Below, one piece after another: positions 12,935 to 26,408 of a stretch of 64,000 nucleotides of DNA. The translations under genes were made by a program, and so were the position numbers. Below the pieces are notes generated by a model. It had not been told where the DNA came from, ran no database searches, and worked only from the letters and a program-made list of their open reading frames with translations. The stretch is from the NCBI GenBank assembly GCA_040954595.2, contig CM082586.2:11377337-11441336 (forward strand), read 5' to 3'. Source of the DNA: Balanoglossus misakiensis (lineage: Eukaryota > Animalia > Hemichordata). Each line of letters opens with the position of its first letter. Position 1 is the stretch's first letter.

Positions 12935-15900
12935 TAGCTCTGCATGGCCTGGTTAATCAATGTTGACGCAAAGGTTGACCCCACCAAACACTCAAAATTA
13001 ATGGGCACGACACTGGCCACTAGCTCTGCATGGCCTGGTTAATCAATGTTGACGCAAAGGTTGACCCCACCAAACACTCAAAATTAATGGGCACGACACT
13101 GGCCACTAGCTCTGCATGGCCTGGTTAATCAATGTTGACGCAAAGGTTGACCCCACCAAACACTCAAAATTAATGGGCACGACACTGGCCGCTAGCTCTG
13201 CATGGCCTGGTTAATCAATGTTGACGCAAAGGTTGACCCCACCAAACACTCAAAATTGATGGGCACGACACTGGCCGCTAGCTCTGCATGGCCTGGTTAA
13301 TCAATGTTGACGCAAAGGTTGACCCCACCAAACACTCAAAATTGATGGGCACGACACTGGCCGCTAGCTCAGCATGGCCTGGTTAATCAATGTTGACGCA
13401 AAGGTTGACCCCACCAAACACTCAAAATTAATGGGCACGACACTGGCCGCTAGCTCTGCATGGCCTGGTTAATCAATGTTGACGCAAAGGTTGACCCCAC
13501 CAAACACTCAAAATTGATGGGCACGACACTGGCCGCTAGCTCTGCATGGCCTGGTTAATCAATGTTGACGCAAAGGTTGACCCCACCAAACACTCAAAAT
13601 TGATGGGCACGACACTGGCCACTAGCTCTGCATGGCCTGGTTAATCAATGTTGACGCAAAGGTTGACCCCACCAAACACTCAAAATTGATGGGCACGACA
13701 CTGGCCACTAGCTCTGCATGGCCTGGTTAATCAATGTTGACGCAAAGGTTGACCCCACCAAACACTCAAAATTGATGGGCACGACACTGGCCACTAGCTC
13801 TGCATGGCCTGGTTAATCAATGTTGACGCAAAGGTTGACCCCACCAAACACTCAAAATTGATGGGCACGACACTGGCCACTAGCTCTGCATGGCCTGGTT
13901 AATCAATGTTGACGCAAAGGTTGACCCCACCAAACACTCAAAATTGATGGGCACGACACTGGCCACTAGCTCTGCATGGCCTGGTTAATCAATGTTGACG
14001 CAAAGGTTGACCCCACCAAACACTCAAAATTGATGGGCACGACACTGGCCACTAGCTCTGCATGGCCTGGTTAATCAATGTTGACGCAAAGGTTGACCCC
14101 ACCAAACACTCAAAATTGATGGGCACGACACTGGCCACTACCTCTGCATGGCCTGGTTAATCAATGTTGACGCAAAGGTTGACCCCACCAAACACTCAAA
14201 ATTGATGGGCACGACACTGGCCACTAGCTCTGCATGGCCTGGTTAATCAATGTTGACGCAAAGGTTGACCCCACCAAACACTCAAAATTGATGGGCACGA
14301 CACTGGCCACTAGCTCTGCATGGCCTGGTTAATCAATGTTGACGCAAAGGTTGACCCCACCAAACACTCAAAATTGATGGGCACGACACTGGCCACTAGC
14401 TCTGCATGGCCTGGTTAATCAGGGTTGACGCAAAGGTTGACTCCACCAAACACTCAAAATTGATGGGCACGACACTGGCCACTAGCTCTGCATGGCCTGG
14501 CTAATCAAGGTTGACGCAAAGGTTGACCCCACCAAACACTCAAAATTGATGGGCACGACACTGGCCACTAGCTCTGCATGGCCTGGCTAATCAAGGTTGA
14601 CGCAAAGGTTGACCCCACCAAACACTCAAAATTGATGGGCACGACACTGGCCACTAGCTCTGCATGGCCTGGTTAATCAATGTTGACGCAAAGAATGACC
14701 CCACCAAACACTCAAAATTGATGGGCACGACACTGGCCACTAGCTCTGCATGGCCTGGTTAATCAATGTTGACGCAAAGGTTGACCCCACCAAACACTCA
14801 AAATTGATGGGCACGACACTGGCCACTAGCTCTGCATGGCCTGGCTAATCAAGGTTGACGCAAAGGTTGACCCCACCAAACACTCAAAATTGATGGGCAC
14901 GACACTGGCCACTAGCTCTGCATGGCCTGGCTAATCAATGTTGACGCAAAGAATGACCCCACCAAACACTCAAAATTGATGGGCACGACACTGGCCACTA
15001 GCTCTGCATGGCCTGGTTAATCAATGTTGACGCAAAGGTTGACCCCACCAAACACTCAAAATTGATGGGCACGACACTGGCCACTAGCTCTGCATGGCCT
15101 GGTTAATCAATGTTGACGCAAAGGTTGACCCCACCAAACACTCAAAATTGATGGGCACGACACTGGCCACTAGCTCTGCATGGCCTGGTTAATCAATGTT
15201 GACGCAAAGGTTGACCCCACCAAACACTCAAAATTGATGGGCACGACACTGGCCACTAGCTCTGCATGGCCTGGTTAATCAATGTTGACGCAAAGGTTGA
15301 CCCCACCAAACACTCAAAATTGATGGGCACGACACTGGCCACTAGCTCTGCATGGCCTGGCTAATCAAGGTTGACGCAAAGGTTGACCCCACCAAACACT
15401 CAAAATTGATGGGCACGACACTGGCCACTAGCTCTGCATGGCCTGGCTAATCAAGGTTGACGCAAAGGTTGACTCCACCAAACACTCAAAATTAATGGGC
15501 GCGACACTGGCCACTAAGCTCTGGCATGGCTAATCAATGTTGACGCAAGGGTTGACCCCACCAAACACTCAAAATTGATGGGCGCGACACTGGCCACTAG
15601 CTCTGGCCTGGCTAATCAAGGTTGACGCAAGGGTTGACCCCACCAAACACTCAAAATTAATGGGCGCGACACTGGCCACTAGATCTGGCCTGGCTAATCA
15701 AGGTTGACGCAAGGGTTGACCCCACCAAACACTCAAATTTAATGGGCGCGACACTGGCCACTAGCTCTGGCCTGGCTAATCAATGTTGACGCAAGGGTTG
15801 ACCCCACCAAACACTCAAAATTGATGGGCACGACACTGGCCACTAGCTCTGGCCTGGCTAATCAATGTTGACGCAAGGGTTGACCCCAGCAAACACTCAA

Positions 15901-18900
15901 AATTGATGGGCACGACACTGGCCACTAGCTCTGGCCTGGCTAATCAAGGTTGACGCAGGGTTGACCCCAGCAAACACTCAAAATTAATACGCGCGACACT
16001 GGCCACTAAGCTCTGGCCTGGCTAATCAATGTTGACGCAAGGGTTGACCCCACCAAACACTCAAAATTGATGGGCACTACACTGGCCACTAGCTCTGGCC
16101 TGGCTACTCAAGGTTGACGCAAGGGTTGACCCCACCAAACACTCAAAATTAATACACGCGACACTGGCCACTAAGCTCTGGCCTGGCTAATCAATGTTGA
16201 CGCAAGGGTTGACACCACCAAACACTCATAATTGATGGGCACGACACTGGCCACTAGCTCTGGCTGGCTAATCAAGGTTGACGCAAGGGTTGACCCCACC
16301 AAACACTCAAAATTGATGGGAACGACACTGGCCACTAACCTCTGGCCTGGCTAATCAATGTTGACGCAAAGGTTGACCCCACCAAACACTCAAAATTGAT
16401 GGGCACGACACTGGCCACTAGCTCTGGCCTGGCTAATCAATGTTGACGCAAGGGTTGACCCCACCAAACAGTCAAAATTGATGGGCACGACACTGGCCAC
16501 TAGCTCTGGCCTGGCTAATCAATGTTGACGCAAATGTTGACCCCACCAAACACTCAAAATTGATGGGCACAACACTGGCCACTAGCTCTGGCCTGGCTAA
16601 TCAATGTTGACGCAAGGGTTGACCCCACCAAACACTCAAAATTGATGGGCACGACACTGGCCACTAGCTCTGGCCTGGCTAATCAATGTTGACGCAAGGG
16701 TTGACCCCACCAAACACTCAAAATTGATGGGCACGACACTGGCCACTAGCTCTGGGCTGGCTAATCAATGTTGACGCAAAGGTTGACCCCACCAAACACT
16801 CAAAATTGATGGGCACGACACTGGCCACTAGCTCTGGCCTGGCTAATCAAGGTTGACGCAAAGGTTGACCCCACCAAACACTCAAAATTAATGGGCACGA
16901 CACTGGCCACTAGCTCTGCCTGGCCTGGCTAATCAATGTTGACGCAAAGGTTGACCCCACCAAACACTCAAAATTAATGGGCACGACACTGGCCACTAGC
17001 TCTGGGCTGGCTAATCAATGTTGACGCAAAGGTTGACCCCACCAAACACTCAAAATTAATGGGCACGACACTGGCCACTAGCTCTGGGCTGGCTAATCAA
17101 TGTTGACGCAAAGGTTGACCCCACCAAACACTCAAAATTAATGGGCACGACACTGGCCACTAGCTCTGCATGGCCTGGCTAATCAAGGTTGACGCAAAGG
17201 TTGACCCCACCAAACACTCAAAATTGATGGGCACGACACTGGCCACTAGCTCTGCATGGCCTGGCTAATCAAGGTTGACGCAAAGGTTGACCCCACCAAA
17301 CACTCAAAATTGATGGGCACGACACTGGCCACTAGCTCTGCATGGCCTGGCTAATCAAGGTTGACGCAAAGGTTGACCCAACAAAAACACTCAAAATTGA
17401 TGGGCACGACACTGGCCACTAGCTCTGCATGGCCTGGCTAATCAAGGCCTGGCTAATCAAGGTTGACGCAAAGGTTGACCCCACCAAACACTCAAAATTG
17501 ATGGGCACGACACTGGCCACTAGCTCTGGCCTGGCTAATCAAGGTTGACGCAAAGGTTGACCCCACCAAACACTCAAAATTGATGGGCACGACACTGGCC
17601 ACTACCTCTGCATGGCCTGGCTAATCAAGGTTGACGCAAAGGTTGACCCCACAAAAACACTCAAAATTGATGGGCACGACACTGGCCACTAGCTCTGCAT
17701 GGCCTGGCTAATCAAGGTTGACGCAAAGATTGACCCCACCAAACACTCAAAATTGATGGGCACGACACTGGCCACTAGCTCTGCATGGCCTGGCTAATCA
17801 AGGCCTGGCTAATCAAGGTTGATGCAAAGGTTGACCCCACCAAACACTCAAAATTGATGGGCACGACACTGGCCACTAGCTCTGCATGGCCTGGCTAATC
17901 AAGGTTGACGCAAAGGTTGACCCCACCAAACACTCAAAATTGATGGGCACGACACTGGCCACTAGCTCTGCATGGCCTGGCTAATCAAGGTTGACGCAAA
18001 GGTTGACTCCACCAAACACTCAAAATTAATGGGCGCGACACTGGCCACTAAGCTCTGGCATGGCTAATCAATGTTGACGCAAGGGTTGACCCCACCAAAC
18101 ACTCAAAATTGATGGGCGCGACACTGGCCACTAGCTCTGGCCTGGCTAATCAAGGTTGACGCAAGGGTTGACCCCACCAAACACTCAAAATTAATGGGCG
18201 CGACACTGGCCACTAGATCTGGCCTGGCTAATCAAGGTTGACGCAAGGGTTGACCCCACCAAACACTCAAATTTAATGGGCGCGACACTGGCCACTAGCT
18301 CTGGCCTGGCTAATCAATGTTGACGCAAGGGTTGACCCCACCAAACACTCAAAATTGATGGGCACGACACTGGCCACTAGCTCTGGCCTGGCTAATCAAT
18401 GTTGACGCAAGGGTTGACCCCAGCAAACACTCAAAATTGATGGGCACGACACTGGCCACTAGCTCTGGCCTGGCTAATCAAGGTTGACGCAAGGGTTGAC
18501 CCCAGCAAACACTCAAAATTAATACGCGCGACACTGGCCACTAAGCTCTGGCCTGGCTAATCAATGTTGACGCAAGGGTTGACCCCACCAAACACTCAAA
18601 ATTGATGGGCACTACACTGGCCACTAGCTCTGGCCTGGCTACTCAAGGTTGACGCAAGGGTTGACCCCACCAAACACTCAAAATTAATACACGCGACACT
18701 GGCCACTAAGCTCTGGCCTGGCTAATCAATGTTGACGCAAGGGTTGACACCACCAAACACTCATAATTGATGGGCACGACACTGGCCACTAGCTCTGGCT
18801 GGCTAATCAAGGTTGACGCAAGGGTTGACCCCACCAAACACTCAAAATTGATGGGAACGACACTGGCCACTAACCTCTGGCCTGGCTAATCAATGTTGAC

Positions 18901-21568
18901 GCAAAGGTTGACCCCACCAAACACTCAAAATTGATGGGCACGACACTGGCCACTAGCTCTGGCCTGGCTAATCAATGTTGACGCAAGGGTTGACCCCACC
19001 AAACAGTCAAAATTGATGGGCACGACACTGGCCACTAGCTCTGGCCTGGCTAATCAATGTTGACGCAAATGTTGACCCCACCAAACACTCAAAATTGATG
19101 GGCACAACACTGGCCACTAGCTCTGGCCTGGCTAATCAATGTTGACACAAGGGTTGACCCCACCAAACACTCAAAATTGATGGGCACGACACTGGCCACT
19201 AGCTCTGGCCTGGCTAATCAATGTTGACGCAAGGGTTGACCCCACCAAACACTCAAAATTGATGGGCACGACACTGGCCACTAGCTCTGGCCTGGCTAAT
19301 CAATGTTGACGCAAGGGTTGACCCCACCAAACACTCAAAATCGATGGGCACGACACTGGCCACTAGCTCTGGGCTGGCTAATCAATGTTGACGCAAAGGT
19401 TGACCCCACCAAACACTCAAAATTAATGGGCACGACACTGGCCACTAGCTCTGGGCTGGCTAATCAATGTTGACGCAAAGGTTGACCCCACCAAACACTC
19501 AAAATTAATGGGCACGACACTGGCCACTAGCTCTGCATGGCCTGGCTAATCAATGTTGACGCAAATGTTGACCCCACCAAACACTCAAAATTGATGGGCA
19601 CGACACTGGCCTCTAGCTCTGCATGGCCTGGCTAATCAATGTTGACGCAAATGTTGACCCCACCAAACACTCAAAATTGATGGGCACGACACTGGCCACT
19701 AGCTCTGCATGGCCTGGTTAATCAATGTTGACGCAAAGGTTGACCCCACCAAACACTCAAAATTGATGGGCACGACACTGGCCACTAGCTCTGCATGGCC
19801 TGGTTAATCAATGTTGACGCAGAGGTTGACCCCACCAAACACTCAAAATTGATGGGCACGACACTGGCCACTAGCTCTGCATGGCCTGGTTAATCAATGT
19901 TGACGCAGAGGTTGACGCCACCAAACACTCAAAATTAATGGGCACGACACTGGCCACTAGCTCTGCATGGCCTGGTTAATCAATGTTGACGCAAAGGTCG
20001 ACGCCACCAAACACTCAAAATTAATGGGCACGACACTGGCCACTAGCTCTGCATGGCCTGGTTAATCAATGTTGACGCAAAGGTCGACCCCACCAAACAC
20101 TCAAAATTAATGGGCACGACACTGGCCACTAGCTCTGCATGGCCTGGTTAATCAATGTTGACGCAAAGGTTGACCCCACCAAACACTCAAAATTGATGGG
20201 CACGACACTGGCCACTAGCTCTGGCCTGGCTAATCAATGTTGACGCAAGGGTTGACCCCACCAAACACTCAAAATTGATGGGCACGACACTGGCCACTAG
20301 CTCTGGCCTGGCTAATCAATGTTGACGCAAGGGTTGACCCCACCAAACACTCAAAATTGATGGGCACGACACTGGCCACTAGCTCTGGGCTGGCTAATCA
20401 ATGTTGACGCAAAGGTTGACCCCACCAAACACTCAAAATTGATGGGCACGACACTGGCCACTAGCTCTGCATGGCCTGGTTAATCAATGTTGACGCAGAG
20501 GTTGACGCCACCAAACACTCAAAATTAATGGGCACGACACTGGCCACTAGCTCTGCATGGCCTGGTTAATCAATGTTGACGCAAAGGTCGACGCCACCAA
20601 ACACTCAAAATTAATGGGCACGACACTGGCCACTAGCTCTGCATGGCCTGGTTAATCAATGTTGACGCAAAGGTCGACCCCACCAAACACTCAAAATTAA
20701 TGGGCACGACACTGGCCACTAGCTCTGCATGGCCTGGTTAATCAATGTTGACGCAAAGGTTGACCCCACCAAACACTCAAAATTGATGGGCACGACACTG
20801 GCCACTAGCTCTGGCCTGGCTAATCAATGTTGACGCAAGGGTTGACCCCACCAAACACTCAAAATTGATGGGCACGACACTGGCCACTAGCTCTGGCCTG
20901 GCTAATCAATGTTGACGCAAGGGTTGACCCCACCAAACACTCAAAATTGATGGGCACGACACTGGCCACTAGCTCTGGGCTGGCTAATCAATGTTGACGC
21001 AAAGGTTGACCCCACCAAACACTCAAAATTAATGGGCACGACACTGGCCACTAGCTCTGGGCTGGCTAATCAATGTTGACGCAAAGGTTGACCCCACCAA
21101 ACACTCAAAATTAATGGGCACGACACTGGCCACTAGCTCTGGGCTGGCTAATCAATGTTGACACAAAGGTTGACCCCACCAAACACTCAAAAATTAATGG
21201 GCACGACACTGGCCACTAGCTCTGCCTGGCCTGGCTAATCAATGTTGACGCAAAGGTTGACCCCACCAAACACTCAAAATTGATGGGCACGACACTGGCC
21301 ACTAGCTCTGCATGGCCTGGCTAATCAAGGTTGACGCAAAGGTTGACCCCACCAAACACTCAAAATTGATGGGCACGACACTGGCCACTAGCTCTGCATG
21401 GCCTGGCTAATCAATGTTGACGCAAATGTTGACCCCACCAAACACTCAAAATTGATGGGCACGACACTGGCCACTAGCTCTGCATGGCCTGACTAATCAA
21501 TGTTGACGCATATGTTGACCCCACCAAACACTCAAAATTGATTGGCACGACACTGACCACTAGCTCTG
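12935..21568. repeat. 86-bp satellite (with 82-bp variant lacking CATG), about 100 head-to-tail copies
   Basis: Unit tagctctgcatggcctggttaatcaatgttgacgcaaaggttgaccccaccaaacactcaaaattgatgggcacgacactggccac; starts at 12935, 13021 and so on; no unique spacers. Confidence 0.98.
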
Positions 21569-21605
21569 CACTACAGCCCAGTGTGCGCCATCTTTGTCCG
21601 ATATT
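21569..21605 (+). repeat. Left TIR (13 bp + 11-bp spacer + 13 bp)
   Basis: CACTACAGCCCAG-tgtgcgccatc-TTTGTCCGATATT. Confidence 0.8.
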
Positions 21606-21687
21606 TCCGTCCCTACTTTCATGGCCTCATGAATAATGTATGAGGCGATTTGTTACCGGCAATGGAACGTTCGCCAGTTACAACAAC

Positions 21688-24600
21688 ATGAAAATGCCGG
21701 TAAGTATTACAAGACATTAAACGCATTTATAATGTTTACATCACGTTATCATATTCGTTAAGGTCTTAAGCTAGTATTGTCATCATTCTCTGATTTCTAT
21801 TCATTTAATTTCACTGAAAATCTGACCTGGTTTCAAATCGCTATCATTGGTAACTATGTAAACAAAGAACATAGCAACCACAACCAAGACAGAAAAACGG
21901 CCGAAAAAATCAAATCTTAATGCATTATTCAAAATTTCAAAACCATGAGAGTGTTCCTAAGACGTTTGTAACTCAGTGTTTTGATTTTCTATCCCCAAAA
22001 AGGTCATATGTAGAAATTGATCCAAGCAGAAATTCATCGAGTTTGGCGCGTTCTGCCTGCGCGTCGCTCTACCATTGATTACAATGGCACAGCTACGCAA
22101 ATGTCGACCATCAGGCAAAACATATCGGCAGATTTCTCGAGTTTGAAGCGTGAACCTAAAAAACCAAAACGAGCAGATTGTTCCTTGATATCTATATAAC
22201 ATGTTGATATATCATTTTCGTTCTAAAATGTAAGAGTAAATATTTTGAACGAGAGAGTTCTTGCGACAGCGCTTTGAACGCCGCGCGCGTACAGCGTTTA
22301 GGCAAAGCAGACGCACACAGAAGGAACTGCGTCCACGCGCAATATACGTAGATTGCAGCTGATTATACTCAATCAATGTTCCGGTACTTGCAACAGTATG
22401 CCAGTACTTCGCAAAATACACAGTCTTTTATATCATCAGGTCTTCTGTAGCGTCATTAAATACTGTCTGTTTGGAACTGTTTGACTGAAACAGCTTTCTA
22501 GATGACCTTTTATGTTTTCTACAACTTTTCACATTTATTCACATTTAGGAAATGCTCCATTGTGTAACTCCATCCCAGCTGTGCTCTGGATATAACTCAA
22601 ATCATGCCTAACAGGAAAAGGACAAACCATTTTGACATCGGGCAGTATGCAGTCCAACAAAAAAAGCCAGAGAAATAGCTAGAGACATACAACTTCAACA
22701 GCTGTTAGATGCTGAGTTAGCTGCAAAGACACTGCCAGAAAAGGTTAAGAGCAAGTCAGAGAATAGATACAAGCTAGGGGCATGGGCAAGAGAGAGAAAG
22801 CGTAGACGTGAGGAAGAGGTAGCTCAGTACAGAGAGAAAATGCAGAAATTAGATGCAAAGAGGAGACTAGTCGACAGGGCCAGTAAGCAACTAAACAGGC
22901 TAGCAAAGAAGCAAAGGAGATTAGCTGGAAATAGGGTTAAGCTTAATCAGGAGGTAAGGTAATTATATAGAAGGAATTTAGCTTCATTTCAGATTTTCAC
23001 AAGATTTATGATTACAAACAGAATAGGAAAATATCCACCAAATTAAAGTTTGTATACTTTAAATTATATTACAACTAAGTGAATCATAAAACATTTTGAC
23101 CTTGCTTTAATGTATATGATATGATTTTATGTGTGTTTGTTTTCTAAATTCTGAACTACAGCTTTGAAACACCTCCCTGCTTGACCTTGGCATAACACTG
23201 GGGTTTCCATTTATGCATATTGCTTGCTCATGTGACATTGCCTCTCTGTTTGACCTTGGCATGACACTGGGATTTCCATTCATGTGTATTGCTTGATCAT
23301 GTGATATTCTCTCTCTGTTTGACCTTGGCATGACACTGGGGTTTCCATTCATGTGTATTGCTTGCTCATGTGACATGGCCTCCATGTTTGACCTTGGCAT
23401 GACACGTGGGTTTCCATTTATGTGTATTGCTTGCTCATGTGACATGGCCTCCATGTTTGACCTTGGCATGACACTGGGGTTTCCATTTATGTGTATTGCT
23501 TGCTCATGTGACATGGCCTCCATGTTTGACCTTGGCATGACACTGGGATTTCCATTCATGTGTATTGCTTGATCATGTGATATTCTCTCTCTGTTTGACC
23601 TTGGCATGACACTGGGGTTTCCATTCATGTGTATTGCTTGCTCATGTGACATGGCCTCCATGTTTGACCTTGGCATGACACTGGGGTTTCCATTCATGTG
23701 TATTGCTTGCTCATGTGACATTGCCTACCTGTTTGACCTTGGCATGACAATGAAAATCTGTTTTGTATTCATTTATTAAAGATTGCAGATTTGACATCCC
23801 CAAAGAAACAGAAGTGGGTTCATAAAAGCAGCCAGGTTTGTGCTAATAACAGTGAATGCCTCACACTGTCCAGAAGTCAGCAACATGAACGCAGAAGTCA
23901 GACTCTTCATGCAGCTACAGTCATACACCAGTCATCATCAGGAACAGATATATCTGCAGGGAGACATGTCAGTGCAAATCCACCAAAATCAGCTCTTGAT
24001 GGGCTATGGTATACTTTGATCAACAGTGCCACTCCACGTCAAATGGAAAAGTACCTTCAATCATCAATGAAAATAAATGAATTGGTCATACCAACTTTGA
24101 TAAAGAAATCAATATCTGAATTTGAGAAAAGTGAAGGTAATTTGACTAGGAGTGTGCAAGTGTTGTATCAGAATGGGGTTTTGTCAAAACGCAAATACAA
24201 TGCCTTACGTAATAGTGAGTTGAATCTGTCTAAATTAAAACAACCTAGAAAAGTGTTGCAATTTCACTTTAGGTGTAACATACCAAGGTTACTTTCCTAC
24301 AACAAGGTCACTGAATATACACGTGGTTTAGATATAGGAAGTCTTGAACCAATTGTAACAGATGCAAACAAAGTAGTGGGTATGAAGCGAAATACAGAGC
24401 AGATGCTCTTTAAAGTTGCTGACATGTATCTTTGCTTGAGTGAGCACCACCCTAACATCCTAAATTGGTTTGGCAAACCGAAGGGCACTTTCCAACTTGC
24501 TGTTGGTGCTGATGGGGCTCCTTTTGGAAAATATGGTCAGGCAACTTCCTGGCTTGTCAGTTTCATCAATGTGGGCCACAGATTAGCAAGCCCTGATGAT

Positions 24601-25988
24601 AATTTCTTGTTGCTAGGGGCTAATCTGAAGGAAGATGACCCAGTCCTGATAGATTATGCTAAAAACCTAGCCAAAGAGTTTGAGATCATAGAGGCCAAAC
24701 AATACACTTTACATGGCCTGAGTGTAAAGTTTAATGTATCTTTGCTGCCATTTGATCAAAAGGGATTAGCCTCAGTTTCTGGTGAGTTATCTAATGCTGC
24801 TGAGTATTTCAGTTCCTTTGCTAATGTAACAAAAGGTAGCATAGATGAAATAGGGGCAGATATAGGGCCAGGGAAATTTTGGTCAGAGTGGAGCTATAAG
24901 CAGTGGCAAAATTCAAAGCAAATTTGACAAAGAAAACAGGTAAGCCTGAAACATCGACAGATCGCTCTAAGGTCACACGTTTCATTGCCTCCAGAAAATC
25001 CCGACAGGAATATATTCCACCCCTGGGTAAGTATATACAGTGTGCCAAGATAGAACCCCTACATCTAAAAAACAATGCCTGGCAGTATTTCTTTCAAAGG
25101 CTTCTTACTGATGCTGTGGCTAAGACTGACCAAAAAGTCATTGACCATGGTGTGAAATTAGAAAAGCTACCACCAAATTCATGCCTGTACAAATTCCTGC
25201 ATACACTAAAATATACAGTGAGAGCAGGGAAACTATACAATCAAATTGTCAAATATTTTGCTGAGAATAAGGTTAGTACCCATGCCCAATCAGTGAGAGT
25301 TCACCGCTTTACAGGGGAAGAATCAAGGAAGTTGGCATGGTCTTTTATGTCACTGATAGAGTGTTTTAGGGAACCCGGTATCAGTGCACAGGTGAGAGCG
25401 AAATTGTCCCTGTATGGTTACATTGGTGTCCTACTCAGAGATATAACATCTCTCTGTTCCAGGTTTACCCTACATGAGAGAGATATTGTAGTACTAAGGC
25501 AGAAGTGCAAATGGTACTTCAATTTGCATGCGTTATTTCTGACCGTAAACAATACTATTTGGCATATAGGATATGTTGTTCCGTGTCATGCATCTCAAAT
25601 CCACCAGCAGTTCCAAATGGGGCTTGGGCTTAATACAATGGAGGGCAGGGAGGCAAAACATCAGCGCCTTCTGGAATACAGCAATAATTCCACCCCTCAA
25701 AATAGATGGCCACTAATTTTCAGACATGAGTATGTATTGTTGTACTGGTTACGCATGCGAGACCCCGCTTCAGATAACTACAGGGGGGATGGGAGGTCAA
25801 ATGCCTCCAAAGTAATAAAGTACATCCCAGACAAATGCTTTGATGACCCATCATACTGTTATTGTGGGAATGTAAAGGAAGAGTTGTCAAATTCCTGTGA
25901 AATATGCAGCAGTGAATTTATGTCAGAAATAAAACAGTCTGCAATTAGTGGTAAGATCTCAAAAAAACTAAAAAAAATAATGAAATAA
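21688..25988 (+). pseudogene. Spliced RAG1-core/Transib-like DDE transposase; predicted exons 21688-21699, 22549-22953, 23782-25988; two nonsense codons in exon 2 and a frameshift near 24903
   Basis: Phase-0 GT-AG junctions (ccg|gtaagt, tttag|gaa, gag|gtaagg, taaag|att). Motifs AVGADGAPFG, LPFDQKGLASVSGELS, IEPLHLKNNA, RFTGEESRKL, GLGLNTMEGREAKH parallel, in order, RAG1 ESCDGMG, GYDEKLVREVEGLE, IDALHCDIGNA, RMNGNFARKL, SIGAWASEGNESGN. Exons 1-2 are less certain than the core. Confidence 0.78.
23177..23748. repeat. 69-bp minisatellite (~8 copies) inside predicted transposase intron 2
   Basis: Unit tttgaccttggcatgacactggggtttccattcatgtgtattgcttgctcatgtgacatggcctccatg; gives the 23-aa repeat ORF 23107-23721. 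Confidence 0.95.
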
Positions 25989-26408
25989 AATGTGAAAGTT
26001 TGAATTTCATGATTCAAAACAATTATTACTGTACATGAAATGTACCAGATAGTTTTAGATTTGTATATAACTGTAAGAGAGTTTGTTGTAAATAATCTTT
26101 CATTATGAATGTCACAGATTTTGTGCTGCTTGTATTGTATTGTTCAAAATATGTATATAGCTTTTTAATCATCCTTTGAAACTAGCTGCTTATATCAGCT
26201 CTGTAGATAACCATGTTTCAAAATAAGTGAATAAAAACTGAATGATAAATGATTCACCCACAGCTATTCAGTTCCTATAAAACATGTTTTTCTTTTTTAA
26301 TTTTGCTTGGACATGCAACGATGCATGAATTCAAATGGACTGACAAAAAGTAATATAGTCAGTTCCAAGAACATGAAAAAAAATTTCAACAACAGTCTAA
26401 ATATGATT

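Noticed and set aside
12935-21568. CRISPR-like array
   Set aside because: Units are head-to-tail with no unique spacers, no cas genes, eukaryotic context
23107-23721. 204-aa repeat protein
   Set aside because: Translation of a 69-bp intronic minisatellite; openness follows from unit length being a multiple of 3
23791-25988. Calling the transposase bona fide RAG1, or two separate genes
   Set aside because: Only motif-level similarity, no RING/nonamer-binding domain or ZnB cysteines; the two ORFs are one gene split by a frameshift near 24903
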